This document shows positions 11,703 to 21,615 of a stretch of 64,000 nucleotides of DNA, piece by piece. How positions within the stretch are numbered: the first letter of the stretch is position 1; each line of letters begins with the position of its first letter. The DNA is from an uncultured Chlamydiae bacterium (lineage in GTDB: Bacteria; Chlamydiota; Chlamydiia; Chlamydiales; SM23-39), in contig CAWHDP010000001.1 in NCBI GenBank assembly GCA_963828125.1, positions 224,001-288,000 on the forward strand, written 5' to 3'. The notes beneath the pieces were generated by a model. That model did no database searches. It saw nothing but the letters and a program-made list of their open reading frames with translations, and was not told the origin of the DNA. Made by a program: the position numbers and the translations under genes.

Positions 11703-12602
11703 CTACCTGGTTAAAGGAAAGAGATTACCAATGGGGATGAATAAAAGCAAGGAGATCGATTTTAGGGGGTGCGGAATGGGTGATTCAAATATTTTTATCT
11801 GTTCGTTCAGATAGGGGAGATATTCAGGGGTATTTTTGCTCAGCCAGAGTGCAAATCTTTTTAGATAGTTTTCGATCTCAGCGCGTTGCAGCTGAGGGTC
11901 GGATAGAGCTTTTCGATAATTGCCGAAATCGATCTCTACGGCCTCTCCGTTGAGAAAGCCGAAATTGGGGGCGAGGTTGGGGTCGGAATTGCGGATGCCG
12001 AGGGCCGATCGGTTATGGATGAGCGCCACAAAGGAGTGGATGAGTCGATGCATTTGCTCTGGATCCTTTCTTGCCCCGAGGAGGGCCTCTTTGAAGGGTT
12101 GTACCCTTTTTTGGAGGACGAAGCGATAGCGGTCGAGCGGCACTACATAGTTTCCCAGTTGGATGCTGGGGAGTTGATCGTCTCTGAGATTTAGATGGCA
12201 GTAAACGAGCTGAGTAAAGGCCTTGGCCTCGGTGTAGGCGATATGGGCGGCGGTCATTGTTTTATTGAGTTTTGTGAACAGGCGATCTTTGGGTCTTTTT
12301 CCCACCGCCTTAGCGCACCCTTCTTTTATACTCTGAATGAATGGGAAGCGGGGACGCGTAGAGCGAAATAATTTTAATACATACCGGCCGTCAACGCTTG
12401 CAAAGACAGTCGATTGATTTCCGCGGGCAAGGTACGTAAAAGGTTGGTTCAGAGCGGCCCGCACCTCATCATTTGGCGGGGGAACCTCCCAATCAGGCGA
12501 ACTGATTTGAGGGTAGATGGGCGGAATACGAAAATCCCGTTTGATCGCCTGCGGCAAAAACAGCAACAGAGAGAGGAGAAGGAGTAAGATACACTTTTTC
12601 AT
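11703..12602 (-). CDS. Hypothetical protein with N-terminal signal/anchor and kinase-like fold
   Basis: Hydrophobic N-terminus; LARGNQSTVF, VLK, GIRNSD.N...NFG, EIDFG resemble protein-kinase-like subdomains. Confidence 0.55.
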   Translation of the reverse strand: MKKCILLLLLSLLLFLPQAIKRDFRIPPIYPQISSPDWEVPPPNDEVRAALNQPFTYLARGNQSTVFASVDGRYVLKLFRSTRPRFPFIQSIKEGCAKAVGKRPKDRLFTKLNKTMTAAHIAYTEAKAFTQLVYCHLNLRDDQLPSIQLGNYVVPLDRYRFVLQKRVQPFKEALLGARKDPEQMHRLIHSFVALIHNRSALGIRNSDPNLAPNFGFLNGEAVEIDFGNYRKALSDPQLQRAEIENYLKRFALWLSKNTPEYLPYLNEQIKIFESPIPHPLKSISLLLFIPIGNLFPLTR

Positions 12603-12665
12603 CCTAGCCACTGAAAATTTTTACTGGTTTTGGTCATGGCGCCGTCACAAAAGTCGCATATGCCG

Positions 12666-14468
12666 TTATTTCGAGAATTTGCCGATTTTCGGTTCGACGA
12701 GGGCTAAGAGATCCTTCGATTTCATGACGATCGATTCTGTAGCCAGTCCGCAATTAAAAGCGGCGGCTTCCCGTTGAAGGATTTCTTCATCATAGTAATT
12801 ATCGAGGTTCAGCAAATGGCCGAATGGGGGGACGCCGCCTACTTGGAGTCCATACCTCTCCTGAATGACGGCTGGATCTTCAAATTCGCATTTTTCGCCG
12901 ACGATTTCAGCGACCGCTTTCATATCGACTTTTAGATGCGAGGGGATATTGAATTGGTAGTTCTTTTTTGTATTCTTTCCCCTCAAAATCAGCGCTTTGA
13001 CCCCCTCTTCCATCCTCGTTTTCCGGACGCGGGCTGAATCTTCTGAGGTGGGGGTCGGTTCGTGAACTTGGTGGTCGAACTCGATTTTTTTCCGATGGAG
13101 CTGACGGATAATCTCATTCCGGATATTTTCTCCTCCAAAAAAGATCTTTGCTTTGATCCGATTTCCAGCGATCCTCTTTGTATCCGAGGGGAAGAGGGAG
13201 GCTTCGCGGATGTTTTTCAGTTTGAGGAGGGTCATGGTGAGCCGTTCGAGGCCCATCCCAAAGCCGCCGTGGGGGGGCATTCCGTATTTAAAAATGCTGA
13301 GATAGTCGGTAAAATTCGAGGGGTCCATCGATTTCATCAATATCCCTTCAACCATTGAGTCATACGTATGGCGCCTTTGTCCGCCTGAGGTGATCTCTGT
13401 GCCGGCGCAAAGGAGATCGAAAGTGTTCGTCAATTCGGGGTTGTGGTCTTTTGGATAGGCGTAGAAGGGCCTTTTCACAGCCTTCCAATCGGTCACAAAG
13501 ACAAGATCTGTGCCGAATTTCTCGCTCGCCCAGGCGGAGAGCTCCCTCTCGGCGGCTGGACTCAGATCGGGTTCTTGCCGTTCATCAATGTGGGTTCTTT
13601 GAAAGTAGATCTCTTGCGCCTCGGCAAAAGAGATCCGGGGAAAGGGGACATGTTCGGGGGCTTGGATCACCTGGTTCCCCAACGCTTCGAGTTCGGGTTT
13701 GCAATGCTGATGGACATATTTGAGGATGAATTTGACGCACCCTTCTTGGACGTCCATGATCTCTTCCCATTTTTCGAAAAATCCCATCTCAAACTCGAAC
13801 TGTTTTCCTTCAGAGAGGTGGCGAGAGGTTTGGGAGGGTTCCGCGCGGAAAAAAGGCATGAGGGCGAAGACCCGCTCATTGACGCCGACCATGATCTGCT
13901 TATAGAGCTGGCTGCTTTGGGCCAAAGTGGCTGTGTAGCCAAAATAATCGACGTTGAAGAATTCGGCTCCCCCTTCGGAAGAGGCTCCGATGATGTTCGG
14001 CGCAAAATACTCGGCGGCTCCAACCGTATCGTGCATGTAAAGCCGGTAGGCGTGCGCAATTTCAGCTTGGATTTTGAAGACGGCGGCGATCTGCCGATTG
14101 CGGAGCGCGACGGGTCTATGGTCGAGAATGAACTCGAGGTCGGTGTGGAGTTCGGGTTTGTAGTACTCGACGGGGGGGATCTCCCGGATCGGGTTCTCAA
14201 TGTCGATTCTCGGGTCGACGATTTCGGCTTTGTAGACAGAATTGGAGGCGGCGACTCGTCCATGAATCGTCAAAATAGAGCCGGGTTGGAGGTTTGAAAG
14301 GGCCTCCAGTTCGGCTTTATTTTCAATGACCACTTGGGCCAAACCCGACCGGTCGCGGATGAGGAGAAAGGCGAGCTTCCCCATCGCGCGGAGGTTGTTT
14401 AACCACCCGCGCAAAACAACGTGCTCTCCGATCGATCGGGAGAGCTCCCCGGCTAATGTCCGCTGCAT
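12666..14468 (-). CDS. aspS: Archaeal-type (likely non-discriminating) aspartate--tRNA ligase fused to a C-terminal YbaK/ProXp domain
   Basis: OB domain (RGW...FLLIRDRSG..Q), motif 2 FRAEPSQTSRHLSE, motif 3 PPHGGFGMGLERL, no GAD insert; last ~155 aa carry GVKAL, GGVPPFG, AFNCG. Confidence 0.88.
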   Translation of the reverse strand: MQRTLAGELSRSIGEHVVLRGWLNNLRAMGKLAFLLIRDRSGLAQVVIENKAELEALSNLQPGSILTIHGRVAASNSVYKAEIVDPRIDIENPIREIPPVEYYKPELHTDLEFILDHRPVALRNRQIAAVFKIQAEIAHAYRLYMHDTVGAAEYFAPNIIGASSEGGAEFFNVDYFGYTATLAQSSQLYKQIMVGVNERVFALMPFFRAEPSQTSRHLSEGKQFEFEMGFFEKWEEIMDVQEGCVKFILKYVHQHCKPELEALGNQVIQAPEHVPFPRISFAEAQEIYFQRTHIDERQEPDLSPAAERELSAWASEKFGTDLVFVTDWKAVKRPFYAYPKDHNPELTNTFDLLCAGTEITSGGQRRHTYDSMVEGILMKSMDPSNFTDYLSIFKYGMPPHGGFGMGLERLTMTLLKLKNIREASLFPSDTKRIAGNRIKAKIFFGGENIRNEIIRQLHRKKIEFDHQVHEPTPTSEDSARVRKTRMEEGVKALILRGKNTKKNYQFNIPSHLKVDMKAVAEIVGEKCEFEDPAVIQERYGLQVGGVPPFGHLLNLDNYYDEEILQREAAAFNCGLATESIVMKSKDLLALVEPKIGKFSK

Positions 14469-14479
14469 AGCAACCCTCG

Positions 14480-16606
14480 TTATCTCAATACAGATTTTTC
14501 TTCGAGAACCGCTTTATGGCTGAGCCTAATTTTCCCTTGGTCGCCCACATCGAGTACTTTTACGTCGATTTTATCGCCCTCGCGGAATGGGGTGTCGTGG
14601 ATGTTCTGAACTCTCGTATGGGAGATTTCAGAAATGTGGCAAAGCCCTTCCTTGCCCGGGAAAATTTCGACAAAAAATCCGAACTGCATCACCGAAGTGA
14701 TCCGCCCGTTGTAAATTTTCCCGATCTCCGCCTCAGCGGTGAGGCCGTGGATGATCTCCTTGGCCCGGTTCATCGCATCGGGATTGTTTGAGGCGATACT
14801 TACGAGGCCGGCGTCGTCAATGTCGATCTGAACGCCCGTCTCTTCGATGATCGAGCGGATCATTTTACCGCCTGGGCCGATCACAATGCCGATTTTGCTC
14901 GGTTTGATTTGTATCGTTTCGATCCGGGGGGCGTAAATGGACATCTCCTCTTTGGCTTTCGGGCAGACGGCGAGCATCTTTTGTAGAATATGCTGGCGCC
15001 CCTCTTTGGCTTGATGGAGGGCCTCTTTCATAATGTGGTGGGTGATCCCCTCGACCTTAATGTCCATTTGAAAGGCGGTAATCCCTTTCTCATCGCCGGT
15101 TACTTTAAAATCCATATCGCCGAGGGCGTCTTCAGCGCCGAGAATATCGGAGAGAATGACATGTTCTTTCCCTTCGAGAATGAGTCCCATCGCGATCCCC
15201 GATACAGGGCGCTTCACGGGGACGCCTGCATCCATCAGTGCGAGACAACCTCCGCAGACAGAGGCCATCGAGGAGGAACCGTTCGATTCGGTGATGTTCG
15301 ACTCGAGGCGGATGACGTAGGGGAATTCGTCTTGTTGAGGGAGAATGGCGGCGAGAGCCCTCTCTGCCAACTTGCCGTGGCCCACTTCGCGCCGTCCTGG
15401 CGCGCCGATCCGGCCCACTTCGCCGACTGAAAAGGGGGGGAAGAAGTATTGGAGATAGAACCGCTGGGATCCTTCGCCGTGGAGATCTTCAAAGCGTTGG
15501 GCCGTATTTTCGCCGCCGAGGGTGCAAACGGCGAGCGCCTGGGTCTCGCCGCGGGTGAACAGGGAGCTGCCGTGAGTCCGGGGCAGGATAGATTGCTCTA
15601 TGTCGATGGCGCGGATCTCTTTGAGACCCCGTCCATCGATCCGCTTTTTCTCGGTGAGGATCATTTTACGCATGAGCGAAGATTGTAGGTTTTTATAAGA
15701 CAGAAGGACGTCCGCTTTCGAGTGTTTCGCCTCTTCCCCCTCTGGGATTAATGTCTTGACAACTGTCTCTTTGATTTCGTTCAGAGCTTTTTCCCGCTCT
15801 TGTTTCGAGGAGATCCGGAGGACTGAGTCGAGGAGGGCGGCGGCTGAGTTGTGAACCAAAGCGTTGAGCTCATGGGGAATTTTCCTTAATGTGTCGAGTT
15901 TTTTTGGCTTACCCACTTTTTCTCGCCAGCCGTTCAATTGATGGCAGATCCCCCGAATGGCTTTTTGGCCGAGCTCGATCGATTCAATCACCTGATCTTC
16001 CGTGAGAAAGTCGCAAAATCCTTCGATCATCAAGATGGCGTCTTCAGTTCCGGCCAAGACAAGGTCGAGTTTTGAGGTTTTCATCTCTTCGATGGTCGGA
16101 TTGACGACGAACTGGCCGTTGATGAACCCCATCCGGACGGCGCCGATCGGCTTGACGAGAGGGATGTCGGAGATCACGAGGGCGGCCGAGCTGGCGCAGA
16201 TGGCTAGGACGTCAGGCTGGTGGAGGCCGTCGTAGGAGAAGACATACGAGAGGAGTTGCACCTCGTTGTAATACCCCTCCTCAAACATAGGGCGTAAGGG
16301 GCGGTCGATGAGGCGGCAGGTGAGGATTTCTCTTTCTGAGGGGCGCCCTTCCCGTTTGATGAATCCGCTCGCGGTTTTGCCGACGGACGAATATTTTTCC
16401 TGATAGTCGACGCGGAGCGGAAAGAAATCGATTTCAGCGCTGGCTGTCTCTGCAGCGCAGGCCGAGGCGAAGACGACCGTATCGCCGCAATGGAGCATGA
16501 CCGATCCGTTAGCTTGGCGAGCGATTTTACCGGTTTCGAATTTAAGGGTTTTTTCCCCGACTTGAATTGTGAGAGTTTCACGCTTGATCATTTCTTTCTT
16601 CTCCAT
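14480..16606 (-). CDS. pnp: Polyribonucleotide nucleotidyltransferase
   Basis: FFPLRVDYQE, RLIDRPLRP, RREVGHG, SNGSSSMAS, GDMDFKV, KH and S1 domains. Confidence 0.98.
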   Translation of the reverse strand: MEKKEMIKRETLTIQVGEKTLKFETGKIARQANGSVMLHCGDTVVFASACAAETASAEIDFFPLRVDYQEKYSSVGKTASGFIKREGRPSEREILTCRLIDRPLRPMFEEGYYNEVQLLSYVFSYDGLHQPDVLAICASSAALVISDIPLVKPIGAVRMGFINGQFVVNPTIEEMKTSKLDLVLAGTEDAILMIEGFCDFLTEDQVIESIELGQKAIRGICHQLNGWREKVGKPKKLDTLRKIPHELNALVHNSAAALLDSVLRISSKQEREKALNEIKETVVKTLIPEGEEAKHSKADVLLSYKNLQSSLMRKMILTEKKRIDGRGLKEIRAIDIEQSILPRTHGSSLFTRGETQALAVCTLGGENTAQRFEDLHGEGSQRFYLQYFFPPFSVGEVGRIGAPGRREVGHGKLAERALAAILPQQDEFPYVIRLESNITESNGSSSMASVCGGCLALMDAGVPVKRPVSGIAMGLILEGKEHVILSDILGAEDALGDMDFKVTGDEKGITAFQMDIKVEGITHHIMKEALHQAKEGRQHILQKMLAVCPKAKEEMSIYAPRIETIQIKPSKIGIVIGPGGKMIRSIIEETGVQIDIDDAGLVSIASNNPDAMNRAKEIIHGLTAEAEIGKIYNGRITSVMQFGFFVEIFPGKEGLCHISEISHTRVQNIHDTPFREGDKIDVKVLDVGDQGKIRLSHKAVLEEKSVLR

Positions 16607-16690
16607 ATACGTAAGGATGAGAGTGTAAAGAAAAAGCGGTTAAAAGACAAGAGCCCCCCACAAAACGTCTGAGGGCTCCCGTTTAAAAAA

Positions 16691-16960
16691 TTATTTTCTC
16701 AGGTTCAATCGGACGATCAAGTTTTGATAGCGCTTGGTGTCGGTTGAATTGAGATAGTCGAGAAGCTTGCGCCTTTGGCCCACGAGCTTCAAAAGGGCTA
16801 ACCGCGAACTGTGGTCTTTGGGAGCTAGCTTCAAATGTTCTGTCAACTCAGCAATTCTTTCAGTTAAGATCGCGATCTGGACGTCGGCAGAGCCTGTGTC
16901 TTTTTCGTGCAACTGAAATTTTTTGGTGATCTCTTCCTTGGTACCTTTATCTAAAGACAT
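16691..16960 (-). CDS. rpsO: 30S ribosomal protein S15
   Basis: [19 protein letters not shown], upstream of pnp. Confidence 0.98.
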   Translation of the reverse strand: MSLDKGTKEEITKKFQLHEKDTGSADVQIAILTERIAELTEHLKLAPKDHSSRLALLKLVGQRRKLLDYLNSTDTKRYQNLIVRLNLRK

Positions 16961-17109
16961 GGAGCAACGTTCTCCGATTCAAATTTATTTAGGCGTTTTA
17001 AGTTAACCCCATTGTACCGGATTTTGCATAATCGGGCAACTCCGTCGATTTTTCTCCATTGAAAATAGCCCTGTTTGCTATGCTCTCAAATCAAATTTAA
17101 GAGAGGCAA

Positions 17110-17751
17110 ATGGACAATCAATTTCAAGCTTTACAAAACTGGACCTTCGAGGTTCTGAGTGCGATTAAAAAAGATATTAAGAGCGATCGTCTTCATACGG
17201 ATCCAATTTTTTACCGGGCCAATTTCGGCAACCGGCCTCAAAACCGGCTGACGGCGGAAGAAATTTTTGCCGCTTATGAAAAGGAGCTCTTAAAAGGGAA
17301 CAACGAGCTGGCTGAATGGGTCGTGAGCCGGTGGATTTTTAAACATGGCGATCTTTATAACCACTTTGCTGAGCGGCTGAGCGAGGTCAATCCCGACTTC
17401 AATGAGATCAAACAGCTGACCGAGGAAGAGAGTCGCCGGATCCTCGACGGCGCCGCGGAGAGCTTTGGCGCGATTCCGACGTTTATTTTTTCCCTTCTCA
17501 ACGGGGTTGTTTTTCCTCAATCGATCCTCGATGAGCTCCAGAAAGGGGCTGAAGCGGAGAGGGCGCTTCTTGAAAGACGGGCTGAATCTAACATTGAACA
17601 GCAGAGCTTGGAAAAGGTGATTGCCTCCCACCAGAGGGAAGTGGGCCGATTGAACGACAAAATTTTGGGAGTCCAAAAGAAGTATGAGAGGGACACCGAG
17701 GCGCTAAAAAAACAAATTAAAGGTTTGCAGCAGAAGCTCAATGCAAGATGA
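17110..17751 (+). CDS. Hypothetical protein with C-terminal coiled coil
   Basis: 213-aa ORF with GAGAGG RBS, overlapping the tadA start. Confidence 0.7.
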   Translation: MDNQFQALQNWTFEVLSAIKKDIKSDRLHTDPIFYRANFGNRPQNRLTAEEIFAAYEKELLKGNNELAEWVVSRWIFKHGDLYNHFAERLSEVNPDFNEIKQLTEEESRRILDGAAESFGAIPTFIFSLLNGVVFPQSILDELQKGAEAERALLERRAESNIEQQSLEKVIASHQREVGRLNDKILGVQKKYERDTEALKKQIKGLQQKLNAR

Positions 17752-18214
17752 GTTGTTCATGCGCGAGGCGCTGAAGGAGGCTCAAAAGGCCTGGAGACAA
17801 GATGAGGTTCCCGTGGGCGCCGTGTTGGTTTGCGGCAACCGGGTCATCGCCCGCGGCCACAACCAAGTGGAGCTGCTCCAAGATGCGACGGCCCATGCGG
17901 AGATGATCTGTCTTTCCGCAGGGGCGGGCGCGCTTCAGAATTGGCGGCTCTCCGATACGACTCTCTATTGCACCCTCGAACCATGCTGCATGTGCGCGGG
18001 GGCCCTCCTTGCAGCCCGCGTTCAGCGGCTTGTCTGGGGTGCGCCAGACCTTCGGGTTGGCGCCAATGGGAGTTGGATCGATCTATTCAAAAAAGAACAC
18101 CCGATGCATACTCTCGAAATCACGCCGCGTGTTTTAGAGGCCGAGGCGGCGGAGCTTATGAGGAGCTTTTTTCAAAAGCAGAGGAGCAAAAAAAATGGTC
18201 GATCTGATGGATGA
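17741..18214 (+). CDS. tadA: tRNA adenosine(34) deaminase
   Basis: EVPVGAV, HAE, TLEPCCMC, C-terminal FFQKQR. Confidence 0.93.
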   Translation: MQDELFMREALKEAQKAWRQDEVPVGAVLVCGNRVIARGHNQVELLQDATAHAEMICLSAGAGALQNWRLSDTTLYCTLEPCCMCAGALLAARVQRLVWGAPDLRVGANGSWIDLFKKEHPMHTLEITPRVLEAEAAELMRSFFQKQRSKKNGRSDG

Positions 18215-18407
18215 ACTCATCGAAGGGCAGAGGAAGAAGGTCTTTGCCGTAGCGCGCCGGATCGTTCCTCGAATGACGGAGGAAGATCTCTTGCAGCCGA
18301 ACGATTTTCCTGAACTCGAACTCCACCCCCATTTTCGGTTTGAAGAGGGGATTCTCGACGGACTCCGGATGGCCAGAATGGCTATTTTGGCAGCTCTTCC
18401 ACGTTAA
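18195..18407 (+). CDS. Small hypothetical protein downstream of tadA
   Basis: 70 aa, overlaps the tadA end; DLLQPNDFPELE..PHFRFEEG resembles the chlamydial gene found after tadA (from recall). Confidence 0.65.
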   Translation: MVDLMDELIEGQRKKVFAVARRIVPRMTEEDLLQPNDFPELELHPHFRFEEGILDGLRMARMAILAALPR

Positions 18408-19146
18408 TCTGGTGCCGAATCACCGTCTTGCCGTGGTTGCCATGCCAGTGCAAGATGAGCGCCTCTCTGTTTTCTTCTCGCATGCGGCTCCAGTTGTAGA
18501 GGGGAGAGATCTCTGAAACGGGGATCTTTTTTTCGTTGATTTGGTGAGAGAAAACCTCTTGATCGCCAATGAAAAGATGGCTCTCTTGGATGCAGCGGTT
18601 TGCCCACTCGATGATCGCCTCGGCCCCGCGCCGAAAGGCGACGACTCCGGTGTTAAACATCGGATAAGAGACGCCGGGGGGCCATTCGTGCTGGTCGAGC
18701 GCGATGCCGATGCCGGAGGGGTTATCTGCATGGCAGAGGAGCGGATCTACGGAACCCCGTATTTCGCAGTCGAGATCGAGCCAGAGGGTGGTCTGAAAAG
18801 GGGTCTGTAGGAAGGCGAGCGGCTTTTTAAACCAGGCGGCTCTGCAGCCCCAAATATGGGTCCCGCACTCCCTCTCCCAAGCGCGGAGCGTATCTGGATC
18901 GATTTCGGAGGCCTCTTTGACAAAATCTGCAAAGACCCGGAGCGGAATGAGCTCTCCCCTCTCCTTGCACCACGCTTTTTTCTGAAAAGACATCCCAAAA
19001 TCGACGAAGGCGACGGGCATGCTGTTGTGTTGGGCATACCGCGTCCACCACCAGGGAAGGAGCCATTCCTGCGAAATATCCGCTCCGACGATGATCCCAT
19101 TCTCATTTTTAAGCCCCGAAGAGCGCCACTTTAGAAAGGTTTCCAT
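18382..19146 (-). CDS. GT-A fold glycosyltransferase-like protein (GT8/GT77-like)
   Basis: WFKKP, DxD motif WLDLD, FNTGV, GDQ, YN, ILHWHG. Confidence 0.7.
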   Translation of the reverse strand: METFLKWRSSGLKNENGIIVGADISQEWLLPWWWTRYAQHNSMPVAFVDFGMSFQKKAWCKERGELIPLRVFADFVKEASEIDPDTLRAWERECGTHIWGCRAAWFKKPLAFLQTPFQTTLWLDLDCEIRGSVDPLLCHADNPSGIGIALDQHEWPPGVSYPMFNTGVVAFRRGAEAIIEWANRCIQESHLFIGDQEVFSHQINEKKIPVSEISPLYNWSRMREENREALILHWHGNHGKTVIRHQINVEELPK

Positions 19147-19200
19147 GGTATGGAGTCTATTTCTTTTGACAAAAAAAATCCGCTAAAATACTAAGAAGAT

Positions 19201-21084
19201 ATGTCTCCTTGCTACGATCCCTTCGATCAATGGAATCGGATGGATAATTATTTTAAGGATTTTTTTTTACAAAACAGCGGTCTTGATTGTAAAATCAAAC
19301 ACAAAATCAAACGTTTTTTGTTTCAATATTTGACCAAAGTGGCAAATATTGATCGGAGAGACGCGGCCCGTTGGGGCAGAGATATCTCCCCTTGGCGCTC
19401 CCAAGGGCGGAATGATTATCACCGGGATTATAGAAACGATAACCCTCTTTTAAAAATCGTCGAATTTGAGATTTTACGGATCATGGGGCTGAATCGACGG
19501 GAGATCCTTTTACTGAATGATCAGGAGTTGCCCGAAGAATACAAAAAATATGAGGGAGTGTGCCGGGGACAGAGATATTTGGCCATTCCGGCAAGCGGGG
19601 ACTATGAACAGTTTTTGGATTTTGTGACTCAGAGAGGGTATACCCCGTCGCTGCATGAGGCTTTGGACTCCGCGATTTGCCTGGAGCTCGACATGCCCAA
19701 TACAGGCTATCGATTTCCGGAAAAAGAGCCTTTTCTGGGGACGTTCGATCTATTCCTCCGCCATTCGACTTTCTCTGCCTTGAAACAATTTGCCAAATCG
19801 GATTTTTCTGTCTCTGTCGTGGTCGATTTGTTGGAAGGGTTTTCTTCGATAGATCTCGATCTGGCTTTCCGTGAAAAAGGGATTACCGCGCTACTACAAG
19901 ATTCTATCGGGAGAGTTCTCTATTATTCCAACAAATTAATGCGGCTTAGCTTTGCAGCCTATTCAGACGTCCATCCGTTTGAAAACTGCCTAGAGCTCAT
20001 TTACGAAGAGATGATTTTTTGGTTGATGATGGCCGAATCCTACGTGCCAGGCGAACTAGAAAAATCCATTCAGCAAACCCTTCTTCAACCTGCTTTTTTC
20101 CGGACGACGAAGACCGGAATGACTGCGTTTTCGGAAATCCTCTCGTGCTTGCTCAAGGAGGACAGTACGATCCTTTATTACGACGATTATTATAGGGAGT
20201 GCGTCGCCCTGCTAAAAAAACGGCCCTCCTATCCGATCGAATTTCCCGATTATGGTCAGTCTTTGAAAAAGACCCTTGAAAAGCTCCAAGGGAAAAAAAT
20301 CGACTGTTTATTTGTCAGTTTTCGGAACAATTTTCTCCCTGGTAAATTGAAAACAGCAAGGCACGACGTCCGATCGATTCTGACAGAGCTGAAGCGGCAC
20401 ATTTCCTCCGATTTTACCCTCGTGATGGACAACACGATCGGTTTTCTCCGCTCCGATGAGACGAACGAGGTGATCAACCTCTTTCCCGAACTTAATATCG
20501 TCATTTTTTGGAGCCACCAAAAATTCGATCTCTTCGGGATCGATAAATTCAGCGGCGGCAGTTACGCAGTGTATAGCAGAAGCGAGCCTCTCCTTGCCTG
20601 TTTTCGGGGGGTGCGGGGAGGGGAGATCGATTCTCTGAGCCGGCAAGGGTTGAGCCACTTCTTCAAATACGGCGTGGACAAACTCGAGGAGCGGAGGCGG
20701 CAGATTTTCTCGAATACCCTCTATGTTTATGAGCGGATTGATCCCCAGATAGAAGGGCTCGTCGAAAAGGGGGATCCGATCGATTTTAGCGTAGATATTC
20801 TTCGGCCGACTGACAACGATCAAGAGATCGCCGTCCATCGGGAGTTTGAGAAATTAGGCGTTCCCCTGATCGCCCGCCCCAGTTTCGGATTCAACATCAC
20901 AACTTCCAGCCATTTTGGCCACCACGGACTCCGTTTTTCTATTGGGATCGAAGATCGGAGGTTTTTAGATCTATTTATCCGCGCTTTCAATGCGATCTTT
21001 TCGGTAAAGCCAGTAGCATCTGAACGGATTGGCGAAGTGATCGATGTACACTTGGATCGAACCCGAATCGATATGGGTCAATAG
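19201..21084 (+). CDS. PLP-dependent fold-type I (Cys/Met metabolism-like) protein with long N-terminal extension
   Basis: TGMTAF, LVMDNT, SHQKF...D..SGG, RPSFG, LRFSIGIED match cystathionine lyase/synthase motifs. Confidence 0.65.
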   Translation: MSPCYDPFDQWNRMDNYFKDFFLQNSGLDCKIKHKIKRFLFQYLTKVANIDRRDAARWGRDISPWRSQGRNDYHRDYRNDNPLLKIVEFEILRIMGLNRREILLLNDQELPEEYKKYEGVCRGQRYLAIPASGDYEQFLDFVTQRGYTPSLHEALDSAICLELDMPNTGYRFPEKEPFLGTFDLFLRHSTFSALKQFAKSDFSVSVVVDLLEGFSSIDLDLAFREKGITALLQDSIGRVLYYSNKLMRLSFAAYSDVHPFENCLELIYEEMIFWLMMAESYVPGELEKSIQQTLLQPAFFRTTKTGMTAFSEILSCLLKEDSTILYYDDYYRECVALLKKRPSYPIEFPDYGQSLKKTLEKLQGKKIDCLFVSFRNNFLPGKLKTARHDVRSILTELKRHISSDFTLVMDNTIGFLRSDETNEVINLFPELNIVIFWSHQKFDLFGIDKFSGGSYAVYSRSEPLLACFRGVRGGEIDSLSRQGLSHFFKYGVDKLEERRRQIFSNTLYVYERIDPQIEGLVEKGDPIDFSVDILRPTDNDQEIAVHREFEKLGVPLIARPSFGFNITTSSHFGHHGLRFSIGIEDRRFLDLFIRAFNAIFSVKPVASERIGEVIDVHLDRTRIDMGQ

Positions 21085-21615
21085 GGGATCCATTAATTTG
21101 TGGTAATGGTAGATCGATCTCCGGTAGGAGTACTGTTCAAAGACTGTTTGGGAATGGGGGGAGCAACAATCCCGAAAAAATAGATGCCCCCCTATTTTGA
21201 GCCAATTTGAAATTTTATGGGCTATCCTGGCAAACTCTCCATCGTCTAAATACATGAAAAATCCACTGACAAAAATAAGGTCAAAACAGTTTTTTGGGAA
21301 ATCGACCGTTTTGGCGTCCGCGCAGAGGTAGACAATGTTCGAAAATTGGGCATTATGTTTTTTGTTGCACTCGATGAATTGTGGAACGAAATCCAGGGCC
21401 GTTACGGAGCCTGCTTTCTTCGCGAATTCTGTGGTGAAGCGGCCTATTCCTGCCCCGAGGTCCAATACATTCATCCCAATAAAGGGGGGGATGCGGCTCA
21501 TCACCTCCGGGCGCTCTAGACGGTCGATCTCGACAGCCCCCTCTCTGAGGAGCATGTTCTCTATGACCGGGTCTCTCCCTTTCCAAAAATCCTCAATTTG
21601 GCCCATATTCCGCAT
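20971..21615 (-). CDS. SAM-dependent methyltransferase resembling the eukaryotic phosphoethanolamine N-methyltransferase N-terminal domain
   Basis: ERPEV, VLDLGAGIGRFT, ALDF, LCAD, DLIF...MYL.D, WLKIGGHLFFRDC. Confidence 0.8.
   Translation of the reverse strand: MRNMGQIEDFWKGRDPVIENMLLREGAVEIDRLERPEVMSRIPPFIGMNVLDLGAGIGRFTTEFAKKAGSVTALDFVPQFIECNKKHNAQFSNIVYLCADAKTVDFPKNCFDLIFVSGFFMYLDDGEFARIAHKISNWLKIGGHLFFRDCCSPHSQTVFEQYSYRRSIYHYHKLMDPLLTHIDSGSIQVYIDHFANPFRCYWLYRKDRIESADK

Noticed and set aside
16651..16678. GAGCCC...GGGCTC hairpin between rpsO and pnp
   Set aside because: A plausible terminator or RNase III site, but imperfect and expected at this locus.
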